From a virus: 39,499 nt of DNA. A program made the translations under genes and the position numbers. The notes beneath the pieces were generated by a model. It had not been told where the DNA came from, did no database searches, and saw only the letters and a list, made by a program, of their open reading frames with translations. Position 1 is the stretch's first letter; each line of letters starts with the position of its first letter. The stretch lies in the UHGV virus genome UHGV-0144131; one strand, 5' to 3'. Of the stretch, positions 39,318-39,499 are shown piece after piece.

Positions 39318-39499
39318 CGTCCGGCGCTGTGCTGGTATCTGTTGCCGTCACCGCGTCAATGTAATCCAGCACAGCGTTAAGTCGGGTGTTTTCTGGCTGC
39401 GTCAGCTTCCGCCCAGCCTGTAATTTCAGTTGAATCAGACTGATGGAAGCCATTGCAGCATCAATCAGCGACTGGCGCTGTGCTTCTGCCGCTTCTACT
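39289..39499 (-). CDS. Second tail fibre assembly gene, inverted orientation, 3' part only
   Basis: Hand-translation of the - strand gives ...LKLQAGRKLTQPENTRLNAVLDYIDAVTATDTSTAPDVIWPELPEA*, a Tfa-type C-terminus; its 3' end overlaps the + strand Tfa by about 29 nt. Continues beyond the window. Confidence 0.65.
   Translation of the reverse strand, partial: VEAAEAQRQSLIDAAMASISLIQLKLQAGRKLTQPENTRLNAVLDYIDAVTATDTSTAPDVIWPELPEA

Overview
This window is most of one integrated temperate tailed prophage of an enterobacterial host, read from its left junction. It starts at the host ferredoxin-like gene yfhL (50..310, -), followed by a tyrosine integrase and AlpA-like excisionase. A leftward early/replication operon follows: SNF2 helicase, VRR-NUC nuclease, family-A DNA polymerase, T7 gp2.5-like SSB, DUF2800 Cas4-like nuclease. 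Then come a divergent cI/cro switch, a primase-helicase with an iteron/AT-rich candidate origin, and a Q-like antiterminator with a downstream terminator. The rightward late genes are a lysis cassette (dual-start holin, lambda R-like endolysin, Rz with embedded Rz1), terminase small and large subunits, portal and head genes, and a contractile tail (sheath, tube, chaperone with a -1 frameshift site, tape measure, baseplate V/W/J/I). The window ends in a tail-fibre locus with a Hin/Gin-type crossover site and an inverted second tail-fibre-assembly gene. The most interesting content is accessory cargo inserted into these conserved modules. An AT-rich SIR2-like gene and a TIR-like gene, each with its own terminator, bracket the DNA polymerase gene; I read them as candidate NAD+-targeting anti-phage defence genes, possibly a split Thoeris-like pair. 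Two further AT-rich membrane-protein cassettes sit at 3550..4340 and 34057..35166. All calls come from reading the supplied ORF translations and sequence by eye; no database search was run, so family names are recollection-based and coordinates of non-ORF features are hand-counted.
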